From Acinetobacter phage VB_ApiP_XC38: a DNA stretch of 64,000 bases. Location: sequence record MN508356.1. One strand, given 5' to 3'. The notes under the pieces are model-generated. The model was not told the origin of the DNA, made no database searches, and saw only the letters and a program-made list of their open reading frames with translations. Position numbers and translations under genes: made by a program. This document shows, piece after piece, positions 9,948 to 22,400 of the stretch (position 1 is the stretch's first letter; each line of letters opens with the position of its first letter).

Positions 9948-11390
9948 ATGGCTAGTACTAACATTGATTTAACATTAGCTCAGTTAGATAACTTAGATAT
10001 TAAGGAACTAACTACAGCTACTATTGGTGGTACTGGTGTATTTGATGTCTTGATGAAAACCACTGCCTTACATATCCGTGCTGAATATGATGCTAACCGG
10101 ATTACAGGCCCTGAGTATTCACAAGTTTATCTGGGTGGCCTACAAGCCACCCTTGCTACTTCTGTACAGTACTTAAACGAAGCTAAGCTTCTAGGTATTC
10201 GTATCAAGAATGAAGAAAAGCAAGGTGAGTTAATTGCTGCTCAAACCAAACTTGCCGAAGCACAAGCGAATCAAGTTAAGTTAGAGACTGAGCTTAAGCT
10301 TCCTGTAGAAGTAGCCAACATCGAAGCATCAACTGCATTATCTGCCGCTAATAAGGAACAGGTTGTAACTACAACTACCACTATGCTTCCAGCACAGGTA
10401 GCAAACGTACAAGCAACAACCTTACTTACTGACACTAACCGTGATCGTGTTAAAGAAGAGATTACTCTCATCCCTAAACAAGGTGAGATGCTTACAGCAC
10501 AGATAGGTCAAACAGCTAAGCAGACTGAGTTAGTAAATGTACAGATTGATCAGTTAACTCAAGAGCTTGCTAAGATCCCTGTAGAAGTACAGATCTTAGA
10601 GAAACAGCTTGAAGGTCAAATGGCTCAGATTAGTCTTACTAATGCACAAACTGAAGGTGTTGAACTTAGTAATACTAAGATCCCTAAAGAAATTGTTTTA
10701 CTTGAGAAGCAGTCACTACAGGCAGATTCAGCTATTGCATTAACTACCGCTCAGAAAGATCAAATCACTGCAGAGACTACTACTCGTTTGCCAGTAGAAG
10801 TAGCTAACTTGACTAAGCAAGGTGAGAACTTAGCTAAGCAAGTATTAATGACAGACGCTCAAACCAATCAAGTAATTGAACAAACTAAGCGCTTCCCTTA
10901 TGACATTGAAGAGATTCAAGCTCGTATTACTAGCATGACCAAGCAAACACTCAGTACTGAAAAAGATATTGAATTGAAGCAAGGTCAGTTAGAACTTCAA
11001 GAGAAACAGTTACTCTTATCTCAAGCAGAACTTGAAGTTAAGAAACAGGAACTTGAAGTACAGCGTGCTGCTATTGATTCTCAGAAGGCTCAAGCAGAGT
11101 TATATGGTCAAAAGGTTAAGACAGAGAAAGCTCAGACTGAAGGTTCTGTTGCACAACCAGGTTCTGTACTTGGTGCTAACGTAGCAGTTCTTATGGCTCA
11201 GGCTGATGGTTATACTTCTGATAAGCTACAGAAAGCTACTAAGATCTTAGTTGATACTTGGAATGCTAGACGTAGTACAGATGACGGTACTGAAGCTAAC
11301 GTCACTAACCAATTGCATGATGCCAACATTGGTGTTGTAGTAAAAGGTTTAATGACTGATGCAGGCTTACAGCCAAACATCTCAGGCTAA
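9948..11390 (+). CDS. repeat-rich coiled-coil structural protein
   Basis: About 7 copies of a ~33-aa repeat with core [KR][LI]P[VK][EQ][VI] (KLPVEVANIEA, MLPAQVANVQA, KIPVEVQILEK, KIPKEIVLLEK, RLPVEVANLTK...). Nucleotide repeat 'cctgtagaagtagc' recurs. Q/T/E-rich. Confidence 0.5.
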   Translation: MASTNIDLTLAQLDNLDIKELTTATIGGTGVFDVLMKTTALHIRAEYDANRITGPEYSQVYLGGLQATLATSVQYLNEAKLLGIRIKNEEKQGELIAAQTKLAEAQANQVKLETELKLPVEVANIEASTALSAANKEQVVTTTTTMLPAQVANVQATTLLTDTNRDRVKEEITLIPKQGEMLTAQIGQTAKQTELVNVQIDQLTQELAKIPVEVQILEKQLEGQMAQISLTNAQTEGVELSNTKIPKEIVLLEKQSLQADSAIALTTAQKDQITAETTTRLPVEVANLTKQGENLAKQVLMTDAQTNQVIEQTKRFPYDIEEIQARITSMTKQTLSTEKDIELKQGQLELQEKQLLLSQAELEVKKQELEVQRAAIDSQKAQAELYGQKVKTEKAQTEGSVAQPGSVLGANVAVLMAQADGYTSDKLQKATKILVDTWNARRSTDDGTEANVTNQLHDANIGVVVKGLMTDAGLQPNISG

Positions 11391-11408
11391 GTAACTTAGT
11401 ATAGAATA

Positions 11409-11434
11409 GGGAGCAAATAGCTCCCTTTCTTTTT
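11409..11434 (+). terminator. rho-independent terminator
   Basis: Hairpin 'gggagc-aaata-gctccc' followed by TTTCTTTTT. Confidence 0.7.
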
Positions 11435-11445
11435 AGGAATATATT

Positions 11446-13833
11446 ATGGGTTTACTCAAAACAAAGAAGAAGACCTACGTTAATACATCAGTGTCTCGTA
11501 TGGTTGCTGATGAAGATATCGTACCTTCTCATCGTATGGCAGTACTAGACTATGCTATGTCTCAGTCTTCTTCGTCTGTACGTTTAAGTGCTGCATCCCT
11601 ATCAGATTACTTAATCCGTGCTACTACTAATAACATCGTAGCTCGTGCACGTAAGACGCGTAGAATGGCTAAACGTGATAACTATGTGTTTGGTTTACCT
11701 GAATCTACTATGTATCAAGATGATGGTATAGATATCAAAGCAGCAGTTACTGAAGTTCTAGAAACTATGTATCCAGGTGGTGTAATAGTTAAGGATGCTT
11801 ACTTTGGGCCAATGAATAACTTCTATTTTTTACGTCCTATTCTTAATCGTAAATATGGTTATAACTATGACACTAACGAACTAGTAGAAGAATCTAGACG
11901 TATTGGTTTTAAGTGTTATATGGAATCTGCTCGTATTGAATATAGTATCTATACCGATACAGCTTTAATTGATCCAGATACTCTTATGCAATATGGGGAA
12001 TCTGCAGAAGCAGGATATACACCATTCAGAGCAGCTAATCCTAATGCAGCTCAAGTACCTTGGTCTAAAGCAGGTATATCTGATTATGATGTAGCTAAGG
12101 TAAAGGTTGTATATGCAGATGCTGAAGGTAAGAAACAAACCTATACTTTGACTATTGATTATCTAGAGTATGAAAACAGTTCCAAACCCCCTGTTAATGG
12201 TTTAGACGATAGCGATACTAATAATATTGACCCAGATGCTCAGGCTCCTATAGTAGACCAGACTCTTGATGGTCAGCATTATTACCAAGCTAACTATGAA
12301 TACATTGATAACGGTGTAGCCCATAAGGATACCTTTATATATCTATATGGTTCTGGTTTAAATACTAAGCTTGATAACCTATTTAAAGTAGGTGATAAGT
12401 TTGGTGAGTACATTCCTCGTATCTATGCTCGTTTAGGTGGTAAGAAGCTCAACGAAGATAAGGATACAGATGAGTACAAATCAATGACTCGTATCTGTAG
12501 AACTCAAGGAATGAACTGGACTAACTGGGTAGATGAAGTACATAAATCTGTAGGCTCTCTAGAGTACGTGACTCAGATTTATATGACCTACTCTGCTCCG
12601 GCTAATACTCAGGATCAGACTATTCTAGATTACCTCTTCAGGTATTTTGAAGGTATGTATGGTCAGCTTCCTGATAAAAGACCTACTACAAACTTTGGTG
12701 ATTTAAATAGGGAGTTCTTAAAGGGAGGAACTAAGTTAGGTCAGACCTATGAGATCAAGGATAACTATTACACTCAACGTATGAACCTTGATGCTCTTGG
12801 TTATGAAGATATTGTAGGTAGTATCGGTGAGGTAGGTACACTTAATTCTGAACTTAAAACCAATGTAGTTACTATAGGCAGACCCGGCAGTACTTCATCC
12901 TTCCGACCTAAATCTACAGTTAAGTGTCACTACTATCGTAAGCAGTTAACCCCTACTGTATACCGTGAATACCGAGTATACGGTTTATCTATTGTTGAGG
13001 TTGTAGCAGGTGGTAACTATACCACTGCAGCAGGTGGCGATGAAAATTTACTTATACCTTTAGACTTATCTATTGATCACGGTATATCTCCTCGTAAGAT
13101 GGAGGAACTCTACACTAAGTGTATGTATATTGTTCTTAATACACTTCAAGTAGTTAAAACTAAGTGGTATCAGACAGGTATATTCAAAGCTATTATGTTT
13201 ATTGTTGCTGTGGTGGTTTCCTATTTCTTCCCTCCCGCAGGTGTAGCAATGTGGACATGGATGGCAGCAGCTTATGCTGTTATTCAAGCTGTAGTGATAG
13301 GTTTACTGATCCAAGTTGCAGTAAAGCTATTAGTTAAACTTGGGGTAGATGTAGGTACGGCTGCAGCTGTTATTGCAGCAGTGGCTCTTGTTTATGGTGG
13401 TTTTACAGCACTTTCTAAAACTACTGGTTTAGGTGGTATGTCTACCATTCAACTTTTACAGTTATCTTCTCAAGCATTTTCTGCATCCTCGCAAGGTTAT
13501 GCATTACAAACTAAGAATGCTATTAAAGAGTTCAACTCATTAATGACTGAACTAAGCGAAGAAAACAAGGAAATTCAACGTAAAGCTAGAGAGTTAGGTA
13601 TGGGTAACCATGGGCCACTCTTATTATATGAACAACCTTATGACATTGGAATACGTATTGGTGAGTCACCAGATGACTACATTGAAAGATCGATACATAC
13701 TACAAACGTAGCTAGTACTGTATACTCGCTAATTGAAATGAACGTAGATATGGGATTACAACTCCCAACTACTACAGGAATCTTACGAAATCTTCAGGAG
13801 CAAACTGATGAACTATCCATTCTTGGGATATAA
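11446..13833 (+). CDS. virion protein with multi-helix hydrophobic (membrane-spanning) domain; candidate ejection/channel protein
   Basis: 795 aa. Residues ~560-650 form several consecutive hydrophobic helices ('AIMFIVAVVVSYFFPPAGVAMWTWMAAAYAVIQAVVIGLLIQVAVKLLV...AAVIAAVALVYGGF'). Located between structural genes and the vRNAP. Confidence 0.45.
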   Translation: MGLLKTKKKTYVNTSVSRMVADEDIVPSHRMAVLDYAMSQSSSSVRLSAASLSDYLIRATTNNIVARARKTRRMAKRDNYVFGLPESTMYQDDGIDIKAAVTEVLETMYPGGVIVKDAYFGPMNNFYFLRPILNRKYGYNYDTNELVEESRRIGFKCYMESARIEYSIYTDTALIDPDTLMQYGESAEAGYTPFRAANPNAAQVPWSKAGISDYDVAKVKVVYADAEGKKQTYTLTIDYLEYENSSKPPVNGLDDSDTNNIDPDAQAPIVDQTLDGQHYYQANYEYIDNGVAHKDTFIYLYGSGLNTKLDNLFKVGDKFGEYIPRIYARLGGKKLNEDKDTDEYKSMTRICRTQGMNWTNWVDEVHKSVGSLEYVTQIYMTYSAPANTQDQTILDYLFRYFEGMYGQLPDKRPTTNFGDLNREFLKGGTKLGQTYEIKDNYYTQRMNLDALGYEDIVGSIGEVGTLNSELKTNVVTIGRPGSTSSFRPKSTVKCHYYRKQLTPTVYREYRVYGLSIVEVVAGGNYTTAAGGDENLLIPLDLSIDHGISPRKMEELYTKCMYIVLNTLQVVKTKWYQTGIFKAIMFIVAVVVSYFFPPAGVAMWTWMAAAYAVIQAVVIGLLIQVAVKLLVKLGVDVGTAAAVIAAVALVYGGFTALSKTTGLGGMSTIQLLQLSSQAFSASSQGYALQTKNAIKEFNSLMTELSEENKEIQRKARELGMGNHGPLLLYEQPYDIGIRIGESPDDYIERSIHTTNVASTVYSLIEMNVDMGLQLPTTTGILRNLQEQTDELSILGI

Positions 13834-14308
13834 CACTCCTGGCCTTCAACTAGGTCAGGATAGCTGGATGACTGCAGCCACACCTGCATATCAACCTTTA
13901 ACTACAACCCCTACTCCTTTTGCTAATGCTGTACAGCCTTGGCAGAGTGATCTAAGTTCAGCTATGCAGAACAACACGTATAGCGCATTAGGTCTTAATA
14001 GCGATGGTTTATACACCCCTTCACCCTCTAGCGGAGGCTTAGCTAATTGGTTATCAGGTAATACAGAATTGGTTAAAGCAGGTGTTGGTTTACTAACAGG
14101 AGGTATGAGCGCATGGAATGGTTTCCAACAAAACAGACTGCTTAAGTCCAACATGAACATGCAGGCTAACCAGTTCCGTGAACAAATGGACTTATCTAAG
14201 TCTAACTACAACTCTAAGCTTGAGGACAGACAGCGTGCACGTGTAGCATCTAACCCTACAGCCTATGAGTCAGTAGATTCATACATGAAGAAATATGGAG
14301 CTAAGTAA
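13808..14308 (+). CDS. hypothetical Gly/Ser/Thr/Asn-rich protein
   Basis: 166-aa ORF overlapping the previous gene end and coupled to the next gene (ATGA overlap). Confidence 0.4.
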   Translation: MNYPFLGYNTPGLQLGQDSWMTAATPAYQPLTTTPTPFANAVQPWQSDLSSAMQNNTYSALGLNSDGLYTPSPSSGGLANWLSGNTELVKAGVGLLTGGMSAWNGFQQNRLLKSNMNMQANQFREQMDLSKSNYNSKLEDRQRARVASNPTAYESVDSYMKKYGAK

Positions 14309-16335
14309 TGGCACAAATTGATTGGCGGTTCATGCAACCACTAGATCAGTCTAACCAAATCGCTGCTATGGCGGCAGGGAACCAGCAAATCAATGCTGGC
14401 CTTGCTGCTATGGGTGGAGCAGTTACAGGTTATGCTGATGCACTTAAACAACGAAATACAGATGAGATACTTAATGCGTTATATCAAGCACAAAACACTG
14501 ATCAGCTTCCTGATGCTATGGCTGCTGTTGCTAATCTACAAAAACAGTACGGCAGGGGGTTTGACCAAGCTGCTGTAAGAAATGCCGTTGATGCTCGTGG
14601 TTCTACGTTAATGCAACGTGACCTACAAGGTATCAACTTACAGCAGGCCCAAGCAGCACAAGCTGCTATTCCTCAATTAAACCAGATGGCTCTAGCTCAG
14701 GCTAAAGCTCGTGGTGTGGATGTATCAGGCTTTGAAAACGCAGCGAATCTAGGTATTGATACATCAAGCCAAATTAATAGTTTTGCTAATCAAATGGTGA
14801 ATGACACTCGTGATACGAGAGACTTTAACTACCGTAGTGAGAAAGATGCTCGTGATTTTAATTACCGTAAAGAACGAGATTTAACATTAGATGAACAATG
14901 GAAAGCAGCAAATGATAGAGCAAACATGGATTCAGCTTACCGTTACGCAGAGGGTTTTACTACACCTGCTCAAAGTGGGTATAGTGTTAACCCTGATGGA
15001 ACTATCAGTACATATTCCACTCCTGGGGTAACAAGAGGTAATGCATTTGCTGCTTTAATGCCTTCTTTGTTCCAACAAGAGTCTGGTAATAGACATCGTG
15101 ATGCCAATGGTAATTTAATTACTTCTCCTAAAGGAGCATCAGGTATTGCACAGATTATGCCTAATACTGCAGCTAAACCCGGCTATGGTATGAAGCCTAT
15201 TAACTTACAGACTTCTACTCCAGAACAGCAGATGCAGTGGGCTACTGAGTATATTGGACGTATTGCAGATCACCATAAGTTTACTGTACCTCAAGCTCTG
15301 GCTGCTTATAACGCAGGGCCTGGAGCAGTAGAAGATGCTATTGCTAAAGCCAAGAAATCAGGTGGAGACTTCTTACAGTACTTACCTAAAGAAACCCAGA
15401 ACTATGTACCTTCTATCCTTAACCGTGCAGGGCAAGGTAACGCACAGCAAGCAGTTAATGCTGTAGGTGGTACAGGTCTATCTCAAGCTAGTATGGCTAA
15501 GATTACTGGTGGATATAATGATGCAATAGCTAAGCTCAATGCTGACTATAATGCTCAAGGTGCTAAAGATCAGATCAAAGGCTCTGTAGCTACTACAGGT
15601 AAGAACGTAGATACTTGGGTTGCTAGTAAGAAGGATAAAGGACTAATCTTCTCTAACAACAATACATTCTTCACTAAAGCTACTGATCTAGCTAAGATGG
15701 CTAAAGCAGACCCTGCATTTAATAAGCTTCCTGAGAATGCTCAGATGAACGTATTAGAAGGTGCATACGCTAAGATGAATGATGTAAATGCATTCCAGTA
15801 TGTACCTGATGGTGACTTGAAGAAGTTCATTAGTCGTGAATCTCAGAACTATCAGAAGGATCGTGTGAATCAATTTAACCAACAGAAAGAAGCTGCTTTT
15901 GAGCAGGCTTATCAATCTGCAGTTAAAGAGTTTCGTGCAGTAGGGCAACAACCCCCTAGTCGTGAAGGCTTTAGACAGTTGGTAGATCCACAAGCTCCTG
16001 CTCCTAAGAAGCAACAGAGTAATGCACAGAAGGCAACTGCAGCTGTAACTCCTAGAGCTACACGAGCTGTACAAGCTCCAAGTTATATTACTCAAGGTGC
16101 TCGTATTAACTCTCGTAATGAAGCTCTAAGCCAAGCTAGGGAGAGAAGTACTAACGTAGCAAACGCTCCAACACGTAAAGAGTTAGATGCACTGAAGGCT
16201 GAAGCCTTGCGTAAAGCTAATACTAAGCGAGAGGAAGAGGCTGCAAAAGCAGCATTTAAGAAACTCCAAGAGGCTAATAAGAACAAGCCTTTGAGTCCTG
16301 AAATGCAGAAACTACTCAAACGATATGGAGGGTGA
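14308..16335 (+). CDS. virion-associated lytic transglycosylase (SLT domain) protein
   Basis: SLT motifs 'QQESGNRHRD', 'GASGIAQIMPNTA', 'AAYNAGPGAV'. 675 aa with Q/A-rich N-terminus and K/E/A-rich C-terminus. Immediately upstream of the vRNAP. Confidence 0.7.
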   Translation: MAQIDWRFMQPLDQSNQIAAMAAGNQQINAGLAAMGGAVTGYADALKQRNTDEILNALYQAQNTDQLPDAMAAVANLQKQYGRGFDQAAVRNAVDARGSTLMQRDLQGINLQQAQAAQAAIPQLNQMALAQAKARGVDVSGFENAANLGIDTSSQINSFANQMVNDTRDTRDFNYRSEKDARDFNYRKERDLTLDEQWKAANDRANMDSAYRYAEGFTTPAQSGYSVNPDGTISTYSTPGVTRGNAFAALMPSLFQQESGNRHRDANGNLITSPKGASGIAQIMPNTAAKPGYGMKPINLQTSTPEQQMQWATEYIGRIADHHKFTVPQALAAYNAGPGAVEDAIAKAKKSGGDFLQYLPKETQNYVPSILNRAGQGNAQQAVNAVGGTGLSQASMAKITGGYNDAIAKLNADYNAQGAKDQIKGSVATTGKNVDTWVASKKDKGLIFSNNNTFFTKATDLAKMAKADPAFNKLPENAQMNVLEGAYAKMNDVNAFQYVPDGDLKKFISRESQNYQKDRVNQFNQQKEAAFEQAYQSAVKEFRAVGQQPPSREGFRQLVDPQAPAPKKQQSNAQKATAAVTPRATRAVQAPSYITQGARINSRNEALSQARERSTNVANAPTRKELDALKAEALRKANTKREEEAAKAAFKKLQEANKNKPLSPEMQKLLKRYGG

Positions 16336-16369
16336 TTAATCAATTAACCTAAATACTATGATAGGATAG

Positions 16370-16398
16370 GCACGTATTAACATACGTGCTTTTTCTTT
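16370..16398 (+). terminator. rho-independent terminator before vRNAP gene
   Basis: Hairpin 'gcacgtat-taac-atacgtgc' followed by TTTTTCTTT. Confidence 0.65.
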
Positions 16399-16413
16399 AT
16401 ATAGGATTTAATT

Positions 16414-19400
16414 ATGGCAGGCTATAAATCATTACAAGTTGCTGATGCCTTGAACCGAGTAACCCAACAGTTAACACCTCAAGTAACAACAGGTACGTTG
16501 GCTAACTCTGTTTATGGCCGCAACACTAATGCTCCAGATGCTACTGCTCAAACCATTCAAGACTTAGGCCAAGCACAGAATTACTATAATAGTATCTATA
16601 GTAAGACTGGTTCTGATTATGCTCAGGACGCAGCTGTAGCATTAGGTAAAGGTATTGTGGCTGTTCCTCAAGCAGCTGCAGGTATCGTTGATCTAGCTGA
16701 TGCAGGTGTACAAGCGCTTACTGGACAAGAAGTCCAAGGTGGTCGCTTCACTAAGTTATTGGATGATTCAGGCGTACGCTTCAAAGAGACTCAAGACATT
16801 CTATCTGGATTGTATTCAGATGGTACTCAACGTCAGCTTCAAGGCTTAGCAGCTTTACCTGGAATGAGTACAGAACAGTCATTAGGACAGAACCTTAGCT
16901 CTCTTGGTTCAACCTTTGGTTATGTGTTGGATAACCCATCATTAGCTGTTAACACTATTATCGAATCATTACCTCAGATTGCTGCAGGTGGTGTAGTAGG
17001 TCGTGGTGCTGCTGCTCTAGGTGCTAGATCTGCATCTGGTGCTATTGGTGAAGGTGTCACTATGGCAGGTAGTGCTCAAGCTAATATGGACAGAAACGCA
17101 GAAGGTTATACTACTGGCAACCAAGCATTAGGTGCTGCTGCTATTGGTGTACTTGGTGGAGCTGTAGGTTTAGCAGGTGCTCGTTTTGCAGGTCATCAAG
17201 GTGCTCAAGATATTAACAACCTTGCTGCAGGTATCTCTGCTCAGACAGCTAACAAAGGATTCAGATCTCTTGGTGTAGGTACTGCAACAGAAGCTGCAGA
17301 AGAAGCTGCTCAGTCATCTCTAGAGAACGTAATCACTAACATCTCATCTGGTAAAGATGCTATTCAAGGTTTAAACCAAGATTTAGTATTAGGCACTCTT
17401 GCAGGTGCTGGTATGGGTGGTGTTGTTAACGCTCGTAGTTCTGTAGCAGGTGCTGCACTAGATGCTGTACAACGTGCTGTAGAGAAGCAAGCTGAACGCA
17501 TTAAACAAGCTCAACCGGAACGTAGTGATACACCTACTGAAGAGTTAGCCAATACTCAATCTACTGCTTATAACCCTACTGCTGCTATCGTACGAGAAGC
17601 TAAATCAATTACTTCAGAATCTACCCCTGAAGAGATTGCTGCTGCTAAGCAACGTACTGATGAAGTATTAAACCAAGCAGAAGAAAGCTTAGCTAACCTA
17701 CAAGAAATGAAAGTAGAGTTGGAAGCTGAACCTGTAGTTCTTCAAAACATTCAAGGTGCTCAAGCTGCTATTGAACGCTTTACTGCATCTGGCGAAGTAG
17801 AGAAAGCTCAACGTGCTCAAGCTATCCTTGAACAAGTACTTCAACCCCGTCTTGAAAAGATTCAACAAATTAAAGAAGTAGCATCATTAGATACTATTGA
17901 TGGTGTGCTTGCTGAACGCCAAGCTAAGGTAGATGAAGCTCGTGATATGCACTCTAAGTACTCTGGTTTATTAAACCAAGTAACAGAGAATCAGACTCCT
18001 TCTGCTCAAGTGTTTGGTGCTCCACAAAGCTTTACTGCTGCACAGATTGAATCTGTAATTGCTGATCCTAATACTCCTGAATTAGATAAGCCTGTACTTC
18101 GTGCATTGGCTGATGCTGTTATTGCACAGAATGCTGTTAAAGATATTGATGCAGTAAACCAACAAGTAGTAGGTAAGAAGTTTGATCCTAACTATCGTAG
18201 TACTCCTCAATATATGGAACAGTTTGCTAAAGCTATTCAGTCTGGTTCTGTTCCTGCACAGGTGAACTTACTCCGTGAGATTAAGTCATTTGAACAATCA
18301 CATGTACAGAAAGCTGAGTTGGTTGCTCAAGCATTAGAAGCTGCACAGACTCAAGGTATTCGTAGTCAGATCATTCGTACTGCTCAAGGCCAATGGACAT
18401 TCAACCAAGGTGAATTACTTAAAGGTGATGAAGCTAAACAGAATGGTGCTATTACAGTACATCCTACTCCTCGTGGTATTGCTGCAATGGTTAAAACCAA
18501 TGAGTACATGCAAGCAGAAGCTCAAGCTATTACAGCTACTCGTAATGCTATGGAGCAAATGCAGAGTGCTACTGGACAGACTCTTCCACAACAGGTACAA
18601 CCAGAACAACCATTGTCATTTGATGATGCAATGGATTCTTATAACCTAGATGCGAGAGCCAACTATGACTTCCAACCTGAGCGCAGAATTGAAGATCCAC
18701 GCACAAATACAGCACCTGTTAGCACTGATGGAATTGGATCAACAGAAGCGGCAGTTCCTACAAGAACACAACCTACCGCAAGAACCGAGTCTGGTAGTGA
18801 TACCACCCAAGTTCAAACCAATAACACTGGAGCAGCTAATCCGGTAGCGGAGGCTGAACGTGTAGCAAGTCGTAGCGTAAGCGAAGACGCAGCTACGGAA
18901 GTTCAGACAAGCGTAGATGAAGCAACCAAAGCTACTAATGAGGAACAAGTAGATGAAGTGGTACAACCTGAAGTTAAGACAGAAGCTGAACCTGAAGCTG
19001 TTAGCTCTGCTGAAAAAGCTGAAAAGAATCCTGAGCGTACTGCAGAACGTAAGAAAGAGCCAAAGCAACGGAACCTTGTTATTGATGGTTTCAATAAACG
19101 TGATACCGTTCTTAATCGTAATCCTGACTTTGCTTCTCGCTTTCTTAGCCGCTCAAGCAATATTGCAGCTGTAGAATCTATCGTAGGTGAAGAGCTTACT
19201 GATAAGCAGAAAACTGCTGTAAATGACTTCTCTAAGTTTGCTGCTTACTTTGATAGTAAGTTAGATGGTTTAATTGGAGATAAGCAACTTGAGTATCGCT
19301 TCCAGGACTTTAACCAATTCTTATTAGAAGACGGTAAGTTACCTGAGAATGTTAAGACTGCTGTATCTGCTGCCATGTATTCATGGTTAGCGGAGAATGG

Positions 19401-22400
19401 CTCTAAGACTCTTAACAATGAAAAAGATGTTGCAAAGCTGCTACTGCTTAATAACGTAGAAACTGTACCTACCTCTGTGTTTAATGACTTTACTGCTGTA
19501 GGTGGTCATCAACAATTAATCATAGCATCGTTAGGTCAAAAAGCTATGCAAGCACTTGGCCTAAAAGTAGTATCTGACGTAGACCCTGCACGCAAGACAA
19601 AACTTGAATCAGGTCTAGGCGCACTTGCGATGGTTTCCCTAGTTAACGCGGGTTATCTAGAAAGACATACAATTAAGGTAGTTGACTTTCTAAAAGCGCA
19701 GCGAATGTCAAATACTGAACTCAGTGATAAAGAGCAGTCTTCTCTAAATAAAGCTATTCTAAAAGCAGGTAATAAAGAAATGTCTTTCTTACGCCCTGCT
19801 GTTGTTGACAGTGCAGGTACTCCAGCAACTCGTGTCACTAAAGTAATTGACTCTGCTAAAGAAACTAAAGGTATTATCCAGAAGATGTTTGGTGTACAGC
19901 GTGACATTAAACTACCTTCACTTGAGCCTGTAACAACTACTCCTAATACGTTTAACCGTATGGGTAGTCAATTACCTTCTTACACTAAAGAGATGTTAGA
20001 AGCTGCTCAGAAGAATGGATACAAGATGTCAGCTCCTGCTATGCAGTTCATTGACAACGTTAAGCGTGAAGATCTACGTGAGTTATTTGGTTACGTAAAT
20101 CCTAATGCTGATGGTTCATTTGATGGTATGCACAAGAAGTTCTGGGAAGGCCAATTAGCTGCTAACCAAGCAGTAGAACGTGCTATCGATATCATTGCAG
20201 AACAACGTGTTAACTTAGGTGATGATTCTAAAGAGTTCTTCTTTGAACATACTTCATGGACTAACACTCGTTCTGGCTATGATGCTGCATTCAACTTACA
20301 AGCTAACAAGATGCACCGTGCTGTAGCAGGTATGTCAGCTCATGTAGTTGAAGTAGGTTTTGAGCCTGTTATGAGAGACGGACAAACCACTAAGTTTGGT
20401 GAGTTCTTAATGGCAGTAGCTATGAGTGCTGAAGGTGTATCTGATGCTCTAGGTATTCAAACTGTAGATAAGATGTCTGCTGAATCTTTTCTTCCTAAGT
20501 TCCAAGAATACCTAGCACGCGACTACGTACAAGAAGGTATTGAAGCTATGGCTTCTATCCTTGAAGGTCAAGGCGACAAATCTGATATGGCTAAAGTTAA
20601 GTCTTTAGTTAAAGAGTTTGATATGGGCGCTATGTCTGTACGTGCATTACAAGCATTAGCACAGATGCATATTGCCCAACGTGATGGACAACGTACGTTT
20701 ACTTCTGACATTGGTTTTGAATCTGATGGTGTTACTAACGGCCCAGTAATTACTAACGTAGTTTTAAACACAGCTGATGCTGACATGTTAGAAGCTGGTG
20801 GTGTATTTACTGACGCTAGTAAAACTAACGTACCTACCAACAAAGAGTTAGGCACCAAAGATATCTATGAGCAACTTGGTGAAGTAATTAAGACTGCATG
20901 GGTTAAGTATAAAGCTAACGCTAAATCATACGCCTTAGCTTCTGCAAAAGGACTAGATAGTATCTACTCTGCCTTTGGTGAACGTAAAGGTGCTAAACCA
21001 ATCGTAACTACCTCTACCTATGGGGCAGGGATCTTATCAATCAAACGTGCGAACGCACGCGAGGTTTTAGATGCTTTTTACAGAGGTCTAGAGAAAGCAG
21101 GTAAAAACAATGATATGAGTGCAGCACAAAATCTTATTGATGCTGTAAACCAAACCATTAAGTTCAGTAACTATGAGCAAGGTTTACGTACTCCATTAGC
21201 ACAAGTTAAAGGTAATTTATTAGAGTTAATGCTTACTCCTGAACAAGAATCTGCATTGTTCTATGCTGCTGACAAGCAACATGGTGAAGCTATTAAGAAC
21301 ACTCTTGATACTGCTATGGCAGACTTCAACACAGTACGCGATAACTTAACCAAGCAAGCAGTAAGTGGTTTTGCTGTATATGACTTGATTCGTAATGAAG
21401 CAATTAATGAAGCGTTGAAAGACACTACTGATGTAATTGTTGATAGTAAAGGTAATCGCCAAGAAGGTCTTACTTCTGATCAGATGAAGAAAGTGCTCAA
21501 GTCTATTGAACGCTATACCCCTTCTGTTGTGTCAGGTATGGGTAATATGTCTACCAATAAGAAGCAGTCTTCTATCCCACTGATGAAGCAAAACACAGTT
21601 TGGGACGATACAGCTATGGGAGATCAACAGCATGTATTTAAAGGTATGTGGCAAGGAGTAAATAAAAGCAAGTTTACTATACGTTCATCCATTAAGCGTG
21701 ATGCTGTACAAAACCCTGGTGTATCTGGCCTAGTACTTATCATTCAGTCTATTGATGCAATGATTACTCATACTACTATCGGTAAGATTCCTTCACAGAA
21801 CTATCACGATGCTGACGCATCTGCTGTAGGTAAAGGCAAGGAAATGGCACGTATACAGAATGAAGCTTTTGTTGATGGTGTTATGAATACTCATGTAAAC
21901 CGTGAGTTTGTACGTGCATTGCTTAATCCATTGTCTATTGCTTTGGATAACCCCGCATTTGCTAAGGCCAATAAAGCTGCTCTACAAGAAGCATCTACTG
22001 ACTTGGTTAAGTCTGTTAAAGATGCGTATGCTCGTGATGACGCTAAGTTAGTTAATATGCTTACCTGGAAGAACGTTAACCAATACGGTACACAAGGTGG
22101 TCATTTTGTAATGACTAACGCTAAGCGTAAGCAGATTGTAGATGCACGTGATCAACTTAAGAAAGACTTGGCTAAGGATTTAGCTCTAGCTACTAAGATT
22201 GTTGATGCTGTATCTGATAAAGCTAAGCCTACAACTATCGAAGGTAAGTTAATCGCTGATGGTACTATGAAGGGTTCTGAGCTTGTTCCTATGCTACAAG
22301 CTGAGCTTAAACAGTTCCAAGGTAAGTCTGGTGATACAGGTAAGTTCTCTCAGTTCTATGACAGCATGCTTGATCTTATTACTAAGCAATTACCTAGCAA

